A stretch of DNA of 64,000 bases from Candidatus Poribacteria bacterium (GCA_963665845.2 OY762492.1:64001-128000); one strand, 5' to 3'; shown: positions 9,794-21,248, numbered from the stretch's first letter. The notes: generated from the sequence alone by a model not told the origin. Translations and numbers: made by a program.

Positions 9794-11607
9794 AACGGTG
9801 GACAGCCGCATGGGGATGGATACGCCCGCATTTCGGCTCGCTGCTGCTGGCGCTGTTGCTGGCTCTGCTGGGCGCGTTTCTTCAGGGGGTTCTTGTGCAT
9901 GTCGTCGCGCTCATGGCGGACGCGGCGGATCTATACCGTTCGGGCGGTTTTCCGCTGCCGCTGCGTCTGCTGCGCTTGGAGCCGTTTTTTGAGGGGGTCT
10001 CGGTCGTCCTGACGGACGCCGCCCATGCCCAACGCGCCTTGACGATTCTCTTGGCGTCGATGGTCGGATTGATGGCGCTGCGCGGCGTCTCCGCCTACGG
10101 ACGCGCCTATCTGCAAGGGCGCGTCACCTACAAGGCGATGACCTCCGCCCGCAACCAGCTCCACGCCAAACTGATTGCGCTCCCGATTGGACTCATCGCC
10201 AAGCAGCGCAGCGGCGACCTGATGACGCGCGTTGTGAGCGACGTCCATCACCTGACGCAATCGATCAACACGTTTTCGGGCGCGCTGCATTCCATCGGCG
10301 CGGCGGCTGTCTTCTTTGCGCTCATGCTCATGAACAGCTGGACGCTGACGCTCATCACGCTTGCGTTCGCGCCTCTCATCGCGCTGCTTCTCGGCGCTGT
10401 CGGGACGGCGATACGGCGTTTCAGCATACGCATGCAGCGCGAGTTGAGCGCCGTCGCCAATCGGCTTGAACGGAGCGTCGCAGGGCTGAAGGTGATCAAG
10501 GCGTTCGGCGCGGAGGGGGATGAAAAGCGCCGCTTTCAGGAGGAAACGCAGGCGATGTACCGCACAGCGATGCGCCGCGTTCGGGTGTACGGCGCTCAAG
10601 GTCCGGCAACGGAGCTGATTGGGGCGTTGGCGCTGTGCGGCGTGTTTGGGATCGGCTGCTGGGCGGTGATTCAAGGAACGCTCACGCTGGGCGGATTGCT
10701 GGCGCATTTCGGGTTGAGCGCGCTGCTGATCGACCCGCTGCGCAAGATCGGAGAGTTCCATGCGCAGTTTCAGCAGGGACTCGCCTCCATTGAACGCATC
10801 GAAGAAACGCGCGCCTTGCCGAGCGAAACGATAGATCAAGGCGCCGTTCTGCATCAGGCGCGCGGCGAGATCGAGTTTCGGAATGTATCCTTCGCATACG
10901 ACGGCAGCGCCCATGTACTTAAAGACGTGTCCTTCAAAGTGAAGGCGGGTCAAACCGCGGCGCTGGTCGGGCGGAGCGGGGCGGGAAAGACGACGCTTCT
11001 TCAGCTGATCCCGCGCTTTTACGAGCCGACGTCGGGCGAGGTACTCATTGACGGGGAGCCGATGCGCCGTTATTCGCTGGAGTCGCTTCGGGCGCATACG
11101 GCTCTCGCGCCGCAGGAGACGCTGCTGTTTGCCGGTACCGTCGCCGACAATATCCGCATGGCGAAGCCTGGCGCGGACGACAAGGCGGTCCGCGAAGCCG
11201 CCCGCCGCGCCCATGCGCATGCGTTCATCGAGTCGTTTCCTGACGGGTATGAGACGGCGGTCGGCGAGCGCGGGGCGCGCCTCTCCGGCGGTCAAGCGCA
11301 GCGGCTTTCTATCGCGCGCGTTTTTTTAAAAAATCCAGCCGTTTTTCTGTTGGATGAGGCGATGTCGGCGCTGGACGCGGAATCGGAGGCGGCGGTTCAA
11401 AAATCGCTCGAAGAGCTTGCCCAAACGCGCACAACTTTTATCATTGCGCATCGGCTCTCAACAGTCGTCAACGCCGACATGATCATCGTACTGGACAAAG
11501 GGAGGGTCGTTGAAATCGGCAAGCACGAGGAGCTGATTCAACGCAACGGCCTCTACAAAAAGCTCTGCTCAACATTCTACCGCAAACAGCCCAAACAGCG
11601 CATTTAA
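9790..11607 (+). CDS. ABC exporter, fused permease/ATPase (MsbA-like)
   Basis: TM domain + GRSGAGKT, LSGGQ, LLDEA, IAHRLST. Confidence 0.92.
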   Translation: MKRWTAAWGWIRPHFGSLLLALLLALLGAFLQGVLVHVVALMADAADLYRSGGFPLPLRLLRLEPFFEGVSVVLTDAAHAQRALTILLASMVGLMALRGVSAYGRAYLQGRVTYKAMTSARNQLHAKLIALPIGLIAKQRSGDLMTRVVSDVHHLTQSINTFSGALHSIGAAAVFFALMLMNSWTLTLITLAFAPLIALLLGAVGTAIRRFSIRMQRELSAVANRLERSVAGLKVIKAFGAEGDEKRRFQEETQAMYRTAMRRVRVYGAQGPATELIGALALCGVFGIGCWAVIQGTLTLGGLLAHFGLSALLIDPLRKIGEFHAQFQQGLASIERIEETRALPSETIDQGAVLHQARGEIEFRNVSFAYDGSAHVLKDVSFKVKAGQTAALVGRSGAGKTTLLQLIPRFYEPTSGEVLIDGEPMRRYSLESLRAHTALAPQETLLFAGTVADNIRMAKPGADDKAVREAARRAHAHAFIESFPDGYETAVGERGARLSGGQAQRLSIARVFLKNPAVFLLDEAMSALDAESEAAVQKSLEELAQTRTTFIIAHRLSTVVNADMIIVLDKGRVVEIGKHEELIQRNGLYKKLCSTFYRKQPKQRI

Positions 11608-11627
11608 GAAAGAAAAAGGAGCCACTG

Positions 11628-13013
11628 ATGACAAATAAACGCCCCAATATCCTGTTCGTTTTTCCTGATCAGTACCGTCTTCAGGCGCTCGGATTTCGCG
11701 GAGAGGACCCTGTTCACACGCCGAATCTGGACGCGTTCGCCGCCGAAAGCCGCGTCTTGACGCATGCGGTCAGCACCCGCCCCGTCTGCAGCCCCTACCG
11801 CGCGATGCTCTTGACAGGGCAATATCCGCATCAAAACGGCGTGGTCGTGAACTGCAACTCAAATACCTCCGCGCTCGGCAACTATCTGAAAGAGTCGACC
11901 GTCTGCCTGTCCGACGTTCTGGCGGAAGCGGGCTACTCGCAGGGGTATATCGGCAAGTGGCACCTTGACCCGCCGAACCCCGACCATAACGCCTATACGG
12001 AGGGACCGCGCGGCGCGGGCGGCGTCATCTGGGACACTTACACCCCGCCGAGCCGCCGCCATCAGTTCGACTTCTGGCACAGCTACGGCTGCTGCGACCG
12101 CCATTTCAACCCGCATTACTGGACGACCGATGCCGCGCTGCATGAGCGCATTGAGCCGCAGGAGTGGTCGGTGAAGCATGAGACGGATGTCGCGGTCGAT
12201 TATATCCGCAACGCGAACGGAGAGCGCGACCCTGATAAGCCGTTTTCGCTTCTCATTTCGCACAACCCGCCGCATCCGCCGTATCAGCAGGTTCCGCCGA
12301 GATACTTGGAGCGGTATGAGGAGATGCCGCTGGAGACGCTGGAGAACCGCGCCAATTTTGACGCGCAGACCTTCCGAGGCGAAGAGGCGGCGGCGCGGAC
12401 GATGCGCCAATACTTCGCCGCCGTTACAGGCGTGGACGAGCAGTTTGGACGGCTGCTTCGGGCGTTGGACGAGGAGGGGCTGCGCGAGAACACGATCGTT
12501 GTCTTCACCGCCGACCATGGGGACATGATGGGTTCGCATGGGCGCATCGGCAAAGACCTCTGGTACGCGGAGTCGTTTCGCGTTCCGTTTATCGTTCGCT
12601 GGCCAGGGCGTTTGGCTGAAGGGGAAGACGATCTGCTCATCGGGACGCCCGACCTCATGCCGACGCTTCTAGGGTTGACGGGCGAGGCGGGGCGCATTCC
12701 AGACGAGGTTCAGGGGACAAATTACGCGCCCGCTCTCTTGGGCGAAGAGCAGGCGCGCCCGACCTCCGCGCTTTACTGGACAGCCGGCGCCGGCGGCGGA
12801 GGAAACGGCGTCCAGCGGCGCGGTCTATTGACGCATCAACACACGTTCGTCGTCCAGAGAAAAGGAGAAGAGGAGCAGATCATTCTGCATGACGACAACG
12901 CCGACCTGTACCAGCTGCACAACGCCGCGGACGCAAACGCCGATCTGGTCGAGTCGCTGCGGGCGGAGCTTTGGGCGCGGCTGCAGGAAATTGGGGATCC
13001 ATGGGCGGTCTAA
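11628..13013 (+). CDS. Sulfatase (formylglycine type)
   Basis: PNILF, CSPYR motif, GKWHL, ADHG. Confidence 0.93.
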   Translation: MTNKRPNILFVFPDQYRLQALGFRGEDPVHTPNLDAFAAESRVLTHAVSTRPVCSPYRAMLLTGQYPHQNGVVVNCNSNTSALGNYLKESTVCLSDVLAEAGYSQGYIGKWHLDPPNPDHNAYTEGPRGAGGVIWDTYTPPSRRHQFDFWHSYGCCDRHFNPHYWTTDAALHERIEPQEWSVKHETDVAVDYIRNANGERDPDKPFSLLISHNPPHPPYQQVPPRYLERYEEMPLETLENRANFDAQTFRGEEAAARTMRQYFAAVTGVDEQFGRLLRALDEEGLRENTIVVFTADHGDMMGSHGRIGKDLWYAESFRVPFIVRWPGRLAEGEDDLLIGTPDLMPTLLGLTGEAGRIPDEVQGTNYAPALLGEEQARPTSALYWTAGAGGGGNGVQRRGLLTHQHTFVVQRKGEEEQIILHDDNADLYQLHNAADANADLVESLRAELWARLQEIGDPWAV

Positions 13014-13058
13014 TGGGACGCCCCGCCGTTGTCATTCAGCGTCAGCTGTCTGGAAAAA

Positions 13059-13165
13059 CTCTGGATTCCCGTTTGCGCGGGAATGACGGTCTGGTGGGCG
13101 ACGCCTTTTCCCCGTGAATAACGTCTTTGGTCATCCATATGTCCCGACTTTCAGCATGAGGTCAG
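13059..13165. mobile_element. MITE family A, right-half remnant
   Basis: CTCTGGATTCCCGTTTGCGCGGGAATGAC...ATGTCCCGACTTTCAGCATGAGGTCAG. Confidence 0.7.
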
Positions 13166-13247
13166 TCGGGAATGGAGGCGGACGCTTGAACTGGGCGGGA
13201 AACCATGCCACCATGCGCTGTGTTGAAACGGAAAGAACGGAGAAAGC

Positions 13248-13568
13248 ATGTTTTTTGAATTGAGGCAGTATCGAACCCGACCGGGCAAACGGGACGAATG
13301 GGTCGAGTTCATGGAAGGCGAGATCGTCCCTTACCAGATCTCCAAAGGGATGGTCGTCATCGGCAGCTTTGTCGGGGAGGAAGAGGACGATCTGTACGTC
13401 TGGATTCGCCGCTTTGAAAGCGAGGAGCAGCGCGAGCAGCTTTACGCCGCCGTGTACGACGACCCGCACTGGAAAGAGACGCTTAGCCCAAGAGTCGGCG
13501 AGCTGATCGACCGCGAGCGCATTGTGGTAACGCGCCTGAACGCGACGCCGCGCTCCGTCGTCCAATAA
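13248..13568 (+). CDS. NIPSNAP family protein
   Basis: FELRQYRTRPGKRDEW...YVWIRRFESEEQR. Confidence 0.88.
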   Translation: MFFELRQYRTRPGKRDEWVEFMEGEIVPYQISKGMVVIGSFVGEEEDDLYVWIRRFESEEQREQLYAAVYDDPHWKETLSPRVGELIDRERIVVTRLNATPRSVVQ

Positions 13569-13630
13569 GCTCCAGTCATCCGTTGACGAAACCGAAGCGC
13601 GCCGCCGTTCGTTAAATTGAACGACTCCAG

Positions 13631-14566
13631 ATGGAATCATCGCCGATGCGACAAGAAGATGTCCGCGCCCGATACCAAGACGCCGTTGAAACCCTGTGCG
13701 GCAAACTGAAACGGGACAGCCATGTTCTCGCCGCGATCCTGTGGGGAAGCCTCGCCTACGATCAGGTGTGGGACAAGTCGGACATCGACATGTATATCGT
13801 CATGCGGGACGAGAAGATGAAGCCGACCTCGTATGTTCTCGTGGAGAACGACGTCTTCATCCACGCGCAGCTGTATCCGCGCAACAGCTTCAAAAAAATG
13901 CTGGAGGGGCGGAATATCTTTTTTCAGTCAACGATTGAGCTTTCGACGCTGCTTTTTTCGCATGACGAAACGATAGAGCAGTTTTATGCAGAACGCGGGC
14001 AGAAAATCGGGGCGAAAGACCGCGAAAACGCCCTGATACGCGAGGCGTGCGGGCTGTTCCCGACGCTTGTCAAGGCGGAGAAATGGCATTATGTGAAGAA
14101 CGACGTCGAGTACGCTTTCATGTGGCTCATGTGGGTCGTCGAAAGCCTCGCGCGGATAGAGGTCATCTCGCGCGGGGAGATTGTCCGCCGAGAGGTGATT
14201 CATCAGGCGATTCGGTTCAACCCCGACTTCTTCAACGCGATCTACACCGATTTCATTCATCTACCGAAAACGGCGGAGGCGAACCAAGCCGCGCTGGACG
14301 CGGTGAACGGGTACATTGAAGAACGGGTGGAGGACATCTTTGAGAGCCTGTTTCAGTTTTTGGCGGAAGCGCACGGCCCCCGCTCCATGCGCGAGATCAA
14401 CGACCGGTTCCGCCGCGTCGCGCAAACAGGGATGACCAGCGCCTGCGAGTGGCTTTCCGACCGCGGCTACATCGACAAGGTTTCCGCGCCGATGCGCCTC
14501 GTAAAAGGAAGCCGCGTCAATGTGGAGGAAGCCGCCTTTTATTTTGACGAGGAGATGCGGTTTTGA
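13631..14566 (+). CDS. Pol-beta-type nucleotidyltransferase domain protein
   Basis: GSLA...SDIDM signature followed by a helical domain. Confidence 0.75.
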   Translation: MESSPMRQEDVRARYQDAVETLCGKLKRDSHVLAAILWGSLAYDQVWDKSDIDMYIVMRDEKMKPTSYVLVENDVFIHAQLYPRNSFKKMLEGRNIFFQSTIELSTLLFSHDETIEQFYAERGQKIGAKDRENALIREACGLFPTLVKAEKWHYVKNDVEYAFMWLMWVVESLARIEVISRGEIVRREVIHQAIRFNPDFFNAIYTDFIHLPKTAEANQAALDAVNGYIEERVEDIFESLFQFLAEAHGPRSMREINDRFRRVAQTGMTSACEWLSDRGYIDKVSAPMRLVKGSRVNVEEAAFYFDEEMRF

Positions 14567-17433
14567 GAAACACGATAGAGGTGATCGGAGCGCGCGAGAA
14601 CAACCTCAAAGACATCCATGTTGAGATGCCGCGCGATCGGCTGATCGTTGTAACGGGCGTCAGCGGTTCGGGCAAATCGTCTCTTGCGTTTGAGACGGTG
14701 TACGCCGAGGGTCAGCGCCGTTTTCTGGAGTCGCTCTCTTCGTTTGCGAAGCGTTTTATCGCCCAGCTGAAAAAGCCGGATGTCGATTTTGTGTACGGAC
14801 TTTCGCCCGTCGTTTCCATTGAACAAAAAACGACAGGGAACAACCCGCGCTCCACCGTCGGCACCATGACCGACATCAGCAACTATCTTCAGCTGCTTTA
14901 CGCCGCTGTCGGAGAGCCGCGCTGCCCTGTCTGCCAAGAGCGCATCGCTTATAAATCGGTTCATCAGATGGTGGAGCGCGTTCTGTCGCTGCCTGAAGGC
15001 GCCGCCGTAGAGTTGCGCGCTCCCGTCTGGAAAATCTTCGGGGAAGATTATCCGTATATGCTCGGAACGATACGCGGCAAAGGTTACCGCCGGCTCTACA
15101 TCGACGGAGAATTGACCGACATCAGCGACGAGGTCGAACTGGACGAGGACACCGAATATGATATGGAGGCGCTGGTTGATCGGTTTGTCGTCAAGCCTGG
15201 GATCGACAAGAACCTGCATGTGTCTATTGAACAGGCTTTGACCCTCGGCGAAGGCTTTATACGATTTCATATCGACAACGCCGAGGAGCTGGATATTGAT
15301 CTAGAGGCTTTCCACCGCGCTTTCTCCTGCGGCAAACACCATTTGACGATGGGGGAGCCGGCGCCGCCTTATTTTCAGTTCAACAACCCGGACGCCGCCT
15401 GTCAAACCTGCTCGGGACTCGGCTCCTATCTGCAGGTGCATCCCGACCTGCTTGTGCCGGACCGATCGCGCTCCATACGGGAAGGCGCGTTTGTGAGAGA
15501 GGCGTTTAAGTACAACCCCGACACATGGGACGGGCAGATGATGTACAGCCTCTCCCAGCATTACGGGTTCAGCCTGGACGACCCGTACGAGAAGCTGTCG
15601 CCAAAGACAATAGGGATTCTTCTTTACGGCACGAAGGGGGAGCGGTTCCCGATGGCGATCCCGCCTGAATCTAAAAAGAAGAGGCGGGAAGGGCATGAGT
15701 TTCGATTCGACGGCATTGTGAACCGCATTGACCGGCATTACCGCCATTACCGCCGCAAGCAGGAAGCGCACACGGGAATGGAAAACTACCTGCGCAAGGT
15801 GATGGTGGAACACACATGCCCAGAATGCGCCGGGACGCGCCTGAAATCGCAGCGGACGCTCGTCACGGTGAACGGAATGAACATACATGAGCTGGGAAAC
15901 CTGCATCTGTCCGACCTGCGCGCCTATTTTGACGGGGTTCGGCTGCCGGAAGAAAAAGTCGAGGTCGGCGGGCAGGTCATGAAGGAGATCACCGACCGGC
16001 TGGATGTGCTGCTTGGGATCGGCTTGGATTATCTGAACCTGAATCGGCGGTCCGGGACGCTGTCGGGCGGCGAATCGCAGCGGATACGGCTCTCAACGCA
16101 GATCGGATCGGGGCTGATGGGCATGCTGTATGTCCTGGATGAGCCGAGCATCGGCCTTCACCCGAAGGACAATCTGAAGATGATCGAGACGCTGAAACAT
16201 CTGCAGAGCCTCGGCAACACGGTCATTGTGGTTGAACATGATGAAGCGACAATGCGCGCCGCCGACCATATCATCGAGATCGGACCGGGGCCGGGTATTT
16301 ACGGCGGAGAGATTGTCGCGGAGGGGGACATTGAAAAGATTTTGGCGAACCCCGCCTCGTTGACAGGGCAATATCTGAGCGGGCGAAAAATGATTGAGCT
16401 GCCGCCGAGTCGGCGCGAGTCGAACGGAAAGGCGCTGCGCATTCGCGGCGCGCGCGCCAACAACCTGAAAGAGATCGATGTTGAGATACCGCTTGGCATG
16501 TTCGTATGCGTGACGGGCGTTTCTGGGTCCGGCAAAAGTACGCTCATCAATGAGATTCTTTACAAGAAGCTCTATTCGATCTATTACGACAGCCGGACGC
16601 TTTCGGGCGACCATGACGAGATGACCGGGCATGAAGATGTGACCGACATCATCAACATTGACCAGTCGCCGATTGGACGGACGCCGCGCTCCAACCCCGC
16701 GACCTATATCGGCGTGTACGACCATATCCGCGGGCTGTTTGCCGGGGTGGAGGAATCGCAGATGCGCGGGTATAAGCCCGGCCGTTTCTCGTTCAACCTG
16801 AAAGGCGGGCGGTGCGAAGAGTGCGCGGGCGACGGCGCCATCAAAACGCCCATGCATTTCATGCCGGATGTGGAGGTGACCTGCCCCGTCTGCAAGGGCG
16901 CGCGGTATAACCAAGAGACGCTTGAAATCCTGTATAACGGAAAAACGATCAAGGACATACTCGATATGCCGCTGGAGGAGGCGGAGCTGTTTTTTGCCGA
17001 GTCGAAGACGGTCAGCAAAAAAATCGGCGTCATGAACGAGCTGGGGCTGGGCTATCTGAACATGGGGCAATCCTCAACGACGCTCTCCGGCGGAGAGGCG
17101 CAGCGCGTCAAGCTGGCAAAAGAGCTGAGCAAGATCAAGCGCGGGGCGCATAAGCTGTATCTCCTAGACGAGCCGACGACCGGCTTGCATGCGGCGGACA
17201 TTCAGCGGCTTCTGGACGCGCTCAATCGGCTTGTGGACGCCGGCAACACGGCGATTGTCATCGAGCATCATCTGGATGTCGTCAAAACAGCCGACCATGT
17301 CATCGATCTTGGTCCTGAAGGCGGACACAGCGGCGGAGAGGTTGTCGCGGTCGGGACGCCCGAACAGGTCGCGGAGGTTGAGGCGTCGCATACGGGGCGT
17401 TATTTGCGGGAGACGCTTGCTTCCTCACCCTAA
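14563..17433 (+). CDS. uvrA: Excinuclease ABC subunit A (divergent, possibly a paralog)
   Basis: GARENNLK, two [24 protein letters not shown], zinc-finger Cys pairs; 956 aa. Confidence 0.92.
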   Translation: MRNTIEVIGARENNLKDIHVEMPRDRLIVVTGVSGSGKSSLAFETVYAEGQRRFLESLSSFAKRFIAQLKKPDVDFVYGLSPVVSIEQKTTGNNPRSTVGTMTDISNYLQLLYAAVGEPRCPVCQERIAYKSVHQMVERVLSLPEGAAVELRAPVWKIFGEDYPYMLGTIRGKGYRRLYIDGELTDISDEVELDEDTEYDMEALVDRFVVKPGIDKNLHVSIEQALTLGEGFIRFHIDNAEELDIDLEAFHRAFSCGKHHLTMGEPAPPYFQFNNPDAACQTCSGLGSYLQVHPDLLVPDRSRSIREGAFVREAFKYNPDTWDGQMMYSLSQHYGFSLDDPYEKLSPKTIGILLYGTKGERFPMAIPPESKKKRREGHEFRFDGIVNRIDRHYRHYRRKQEAHTGMENYLRKVMVEHTCPECAGTRLKSQRTLVTVNGMNIHELGNLHLSDLRAYFDGVRLPEEKVEVGGQVMKEITDRLDVLLGIGLDYLNLNRRSGTLSGGESQRIRLSTQIGSGLMGMLYVLDEPSIGLHPKDNLKMIETLKHLQSLGNTVIVVEHDEATMRAADHIIEIGPGPGIYGGEIVAEGDIEKILANPASLTGQYLSGRKMIELPPSRRESNGKALRIRGARANNLKEIDVEIPLGMFVCVTGVSGSGKSTLINEILYKKLYSIYYDSRTLSGDHDEMTGHEDVTDIINIDQSPIGRTPRSNPATYIGVYDHIRGLFAGVEESQMRGYKPGRFSFNLKGGRCEECAGDGAIKTPMHFMPDVEVTCPVCKGARYNQETLEILYNGKTIKDILDMPLEEAELFFAESKTVSKKIGVMNELGLGYLNMGQSSTTLSGGEAQRVKLAKELSKIKRGAHKLYLLDEPTTGLHAADIQRLLDALNRLVDAGNTAIVIEHHLDVVKTADHVIDLGPEGGHSGGEVVAVGTPEQVAEVEASHTGRYLRETLASSP

Positions 17434-18861
17434 GACGCGTTTCCACATCGCTAAATGATCAGGAATCTCGTACAGAAATCTGGACGGGTATTTCCCAGCC
17501 CCTTTATGCCTCTCCGCATAAGACAGGCACAACACCTCTTTCGCCCGGGTCATCCCGACATAGAATAGCCGTCTTTCTTCTTCGATATCGTTTCGCGGAT
17601 CGGGAATAATGGCGTCTTTTAGGGCGTACAGAAAAACGGCTCTGAATTCCAGCCCCTTCGCGCCATGGATCGTCGAGAGCGTGACCTCGTTGGCGCCATT
17701 CTCATTATCCATCGCGCCCCATCCCAGCAGTTCTGGTCTTCCCAGGATTTCCGTCTGGCGGACGTTGTACGGTATCTCATTTTGATACAGCGCGCCCTGC
17801 ATATTCTTTGCGAGCCATCTGTTTCGGTAGAGGACAGCAATGTCGCTGTATTTGTATCCTAATGCAACCAAAATCTTGATTCTCTCAGCGATTGTCCGCG
17901 ACTCAGCAAAGAAGGTGTCGCAGCGCGAGATGATGACTTTTCCGCCTTGATTCTTTTTTGTGATCAAATTTTTGGATACGCGGTCCTTGTTATTCTTGAT
18001 CATAGAGACAGCGGCATTCAAAATCGATTTCGTCGATCTGTAATTTTGAGTCAGTGTCACCGTCCTGGCGTTTGGATAATGCCTTTCGAATTTGCGTATG
18101 TTGTTAGGTTGCGCGCCATGAAACCCGTAGATCGATTGGTCGTCGTCGCCGACGACAAAGATGGAGTCGTTCGGTCCTGCGAGCTGCCTCGCTAATTTTT
18201 CCTGCAGGCGATTGGTGTCCTGGTATTCATCCACATGGAGAAATCGAATCTCGTCGTTCACCTCCGCGAGCAGATCTGGGCATTCTTCAAACAGCCGAAC
18301 CGTCTTATCGAGGAGGTCGGCGAAGTCCAGCATTTTGTATCGGCTCAGCTGTATTTGGTACGGACGATACCAGTTTTGGATCCAGGATTGCGTATGCGTA
18401 AAAATGTTCCGATGTTTTACCTTGTAGTTCTGGATTTCCAGGCTTCTCTTGCGGAGTTCCCTATCCAAGTCGTTGCCCGGTAGAATATCGCAGGCGGGGA
18501 GTCCTTTTAGGATGTCATGCTGCTTGAGCTCATCCGCGAGCTCAAAGTCGTTATTCCCGCCGATGCGGTCATAATGGAGTTTCAGCATTTTCAAGCAGAA
18601 TGAATGGATGGTGCTTGCCTGTACCTCGTCGTTTCCGACCAGCTTTCTGAGTCGCCGTTTCAATTCGCCGGCGGCTTTGCGGGTGAAGGTGAATGCCATG
18701 ATGTTTTCAGGGCTGACACCCGATTCAATCAGGCGGGCAATGCGCTCGGTTAAGACGTATGTCTTCCCGCTGCCGGGTCCTGCAAAAACGCGGATTGGCC
18801 CCTCTGTATGTTCAATGGCTTTGCGTTGTTGTTCGTTCGGTGTTTTTTCTTCATTTGGCAT
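17425..18861 (-). CDS. UvrD/PcrA-like SF1A helicase lacking the 2B subdomain (paralog 2)
   Basis: [61 protein letters not shown]; start probably MPNEEK (GGAG RBS) or 18879. Confidence 0.88.
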   Translation of the reverse strand: MPNEEKTPNEQQRKAIEHTEGPIRVFAGPGSGKTYVLTERIARLIESGVSPENIMAFTFTRKAAGELKRRLRKLVGNDEVQASTIHSFCLKMLKLHYDRIGGNNDFELADELKQHDILKGLPACDILPGNDLDRELRKRSLEIQNYKVKHRNIFTHTQSWIQNWYRPYQIQLSRYKMLDFADLLDKTVRLFEECPDLLAEVNDEIRFLHVDEYQDTNRLQEKLARQLAGPNDSIFVVGDDDQSIYGFHGAQPNNIRKFERHYPNARTVTLTQNYRSTKSILNAAVSMIKNNKDRVSKNLITKKNQGGKVIISRCDTFFAESRTIAERIKILVALGYKYSDIAVLYRNRWLAKNMQGALYQNEIPYNVRQTEILGRPELLGWGAMDNENGANEVTLSTIHGAKGLEFRAVFLYALKDAIIPDPRNDIEEERRLFYVGMTRAKEVLCLSYAERHKGAGKYPSRFLYEIPDHLAMWKRVLG

Positions 18862-18875
18862 CGGTGACTCCACTG

Positions 18876-20243
18876 TCATGTCTGCAGATTGAAAGGCTGC
18901 TCCATTAGAAATTTGGAAGGCTGCTCCGCATACGAAAGATATAGAAGCTGTTCCGCCCGCGTCATCCCGACATAGAAAAGCCGCCTTTCTTCTTCGCGGG
19001 AACATCGCCTGTCGGGAATGATGTCGTTCTCTAGTCCGATCAGAAAAACGATCTTGAATTCCAATCCCTTTGCGCCATGGATCGTCGATAGCGCGACCGC
19101 GTTTGGATCATCCCCGTCTCCCGCGTCGCCTAGCAATTCTTTTTGGCCCAGCGCGCCCGCCTTGCTTGTAAAGCGTATGTGTCGGGCCGTCAGTTTCTTC
19201 TTCAGCTCTTTCGCTACCCAACCGTTTCGATACAGGACAGCAATGTTGCGGTACTGCAAGCCGTTCCATTTCGTCATCAATGTTTGAATCGATTTCGCAA
19301 TTTTTGCAGCCTCCTCCCAACGATTTTGACTGTGCATGATGCGTATCTGACCGCCTTGCTTATTTCTGGTGAACAAATATTTTGGAACGCGGTTATTGTT
19401 GTTTTCGATCACACTGACCGCCTTCTTCAATATCGTTTTCGTTGATCTGTAATTCTGCTCCAGTGTGACGGTCTCGGCGCTGGGATACTGCTCTGTAAAT
19501 TTGCGGATGTTGTCAGGATGCGCGCCGTGGAAGCCGTAGATCGATTGGTCGTCGTCGCCGACAACGCAGATATTCCCGCGTGGACCGGCGAGCATATTCG
19601 CCAGTTTTCCTTGCAAATAATTCGTGTCCTGGTATTCGTCCACATGGATATAGCGAAGGGCGTCCCTCGCGTTAGCGAGAAGATCGGGGCATTCCTCAAA
19701 CAGCTGAACCGTTTTGGCGAGCAAGTCGGCAAAGTCCAGCATGTTGCGTTCTTTCAGAGCTGACTCGTACGGCTCATAACATTCTTGCAGCCATGCGGGA
19801 TGCGCCTCTACAGCGTTTGGATCCCTTAGCTTGTATTTCTGGATTTTCAGTTTGTCGCAGTCGGGCAGGTTGGTTAAGAGCTGATCCTGCATCTCCTCGT
19901 CTGCAACCTCAAAGTTTTTGTCCCCGCCGATGAGGCTATAATGACGCTTCAGAGTTGCCCTGCAGAATGCATGGAAGGTGTTTGCATAAACGGCGCTGTT
20001 TCCGACCATCTCGTTCAGTCGCCGTTTTAATTCGCCGGCGGCTTTACGGGTGAAGGTGACCGCCATGATATTTTCGGGTTTGACTCCCGTCTGAATTAGG
20101 CGGGCGATGCGACAGATCAAAACCCGCGTCTTTCCGCTGCCAGGGCCGGCGAAGACGCACAACGGGCCGTTTTGATGTTCAACGGCTTCGAGCTGCTGCT
20201 GGTTTAAGCCGTCAAGCGGGTTCGGCATTGGCGGTTCCAACAT
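18876..20243 (-). CDS. UvrD/PcrA-like SF1A helicase lacking the 2B subdomain (paralog 1)
   Basis: Same motifs in 455 aa; only ~50 aa between IAVLYR and STIHG. Confidence 0.88.
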   Translation of the reverse strand: MLEPPMPNPLDGLNQQQLEAVEHQNGPLCVFAGPGSGKTRVLICRIARLIQTGVKPENIMAVTFTRKAAGELKRRLNEMVGNSAVYANTFHAFCRATLKRHYSLIGGDKNFEVADEEMQDQLLTNLPDCDKLKIQKYKLRDPNAVEAHPAWLQECYEPYESALKERNMLDFADLLAKTVQLFEECPDLLANARDALRYIHVDEYQDTNYLQGKLANMLAGPRGNICVVGDDDQSIYGFHGAHPDNIRKFTEQYPSAETVTLEQNYRSTKTILKKAVSVIENNNNRVPKYLFTRNKQGGQIRIMHSQNRWEEAAKIAKSIQTLMTKWNGLQYRNIAVLYRNGWVAKELKKKLTARHIRFTSKAGALGQKELLGDAGDGDDPNAVALSTIHGAKGLEFKIVFLIGLENDIIPDRRCSREEERRLFYVGMTRAEQLLYLSYAEQPSKFLMEQPFNLQT

Positions 20244-20400
20244 GAAAGCGAATGGCGTTTTTTATTGCGCGACCTGTTCTGATGTTCATTATAGACGGCG
20301 TTGGAAGCGCGGTCAATTTCAATTTCCGATATTTATTTGGCGGTGTAGTGAAGGACTCGATCCAGCTTCGCTGCGCTCGCCCATGCCGCTTTATACGCGG

Positions 20401-20940
20401 TCAGGCTTTGTCCTCCTTTATTTGAGCCAGCAGCGCGTTGACCTCTGCCGTTGCCTTCTCAATCGCTGCGTCATGTTCAGCCGCCGCCGCTCTGCGTTCA
20501 GACAGCGCCGTGTTCAAGTGGATCTTTGCCTCGTCCGCCGCCTTCTCACTCGCCTTAACCGCCGCCTCAATTGCCGCTTCATGTACAGGCAGCGCCATGT
20601 CCTCTGCCATCCACTCTTTCTCCGTCGACTGAACTGCCGCTCTGTAGTCAGACAGCGCCGCGTTCAACATCTCCTTGGCTTTGGCCGCGGCTGTCTCAAT
20701 CCCCGCCTCATGTTCAAACCCCGCTGCCTCCCACACCGTTGCTTCCTCTTCCCATGCCGACGCTTCCGCCTTCAAACGCCGCTCCGCCGCTTTCAACCGC
20801 GCTGTTGCAAATTCATGCCCCGCTGCTTGCATCGCCGCCGCAAATTCTTCACCCGCTGCTTGCATTGCCGTCGCGAGTTCAGCCGCCGCCGCCTGAAACG
20901 CTTCTTGCGCTGCGCCCGTCTTTATTCGCTCGTTACTCAT
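20401..20940 (-). CDS. Ala/Glu-rich amphipathic helical repeat protein
   Basis: 179 aa, 11-mer repeats; GGAGG upstream; TTGACA-17-TATATC promoter near 21008. Confidence 0.7.
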   Translation of the reverse strand: MSNERIKTGAAQEAFQAAAAELATAMQAAGEEFAAAMQAAGHEFATARLKAAERRLKAEASAWEEEATVWEAAGFEHEAGIETAAAKAKEMLNAALSDYRAAVQSTEKEWMAEDMALPVHEAAIEAAVKASEKAADEAKIHLNTALSERRAAAAEHDAAIEKATAEVNALLAQIKEDKA

Positions 20941-21075
20941 CCGCCGCCTCCGTTCATTTGTTTTGACTTGCCGGCTCTAGATATACCGCCAACAGCCCGC
21001 AATGTCAATATGCCGCGCTGACCCTACGGGCTTTACCCGAAATCTGAATCGGACGGCTCAAAAAATGCGGATTTT

Positions 21076-21111
21076 GCGACCTCACCCCCGCCGCATGCAA
21101 TTTCCGATAAT
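21076..21111 (+). repeat. 36-bp element, inverted partner at 24293-24328
   Basis: GCGACCTCACCCCCGCCGCATGCAATTTCCGATAAT; 35/36 match to the reverse complement of 24293-24328. Confidence 0.8.
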
Positions 21112-21248
21112 ATGTTGATTGGGCATTTATATTGGCGGCGGGCATTCTACTTCCGATAATATTTCTATTGTGCATCAAGGCGCGGCGCATTCGACAAAAC
21201 GGGCGAAGCGCGCTATGATGTTCATGGAATCATTGCGAAGCGGAACGC

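Noticed and set aside
17425-20243. Gabija system call for the short helicases
   Set aside because: No OLD/TOPRIM GajA gene adjacent; motifs are closer to PcrA
20339-20383. tRNA-like start (GGCGGTGTAG...CCA)
   Set aside because: Only ~45 nt with no cloverleaf or anticodon arm; kept only as a hairpin
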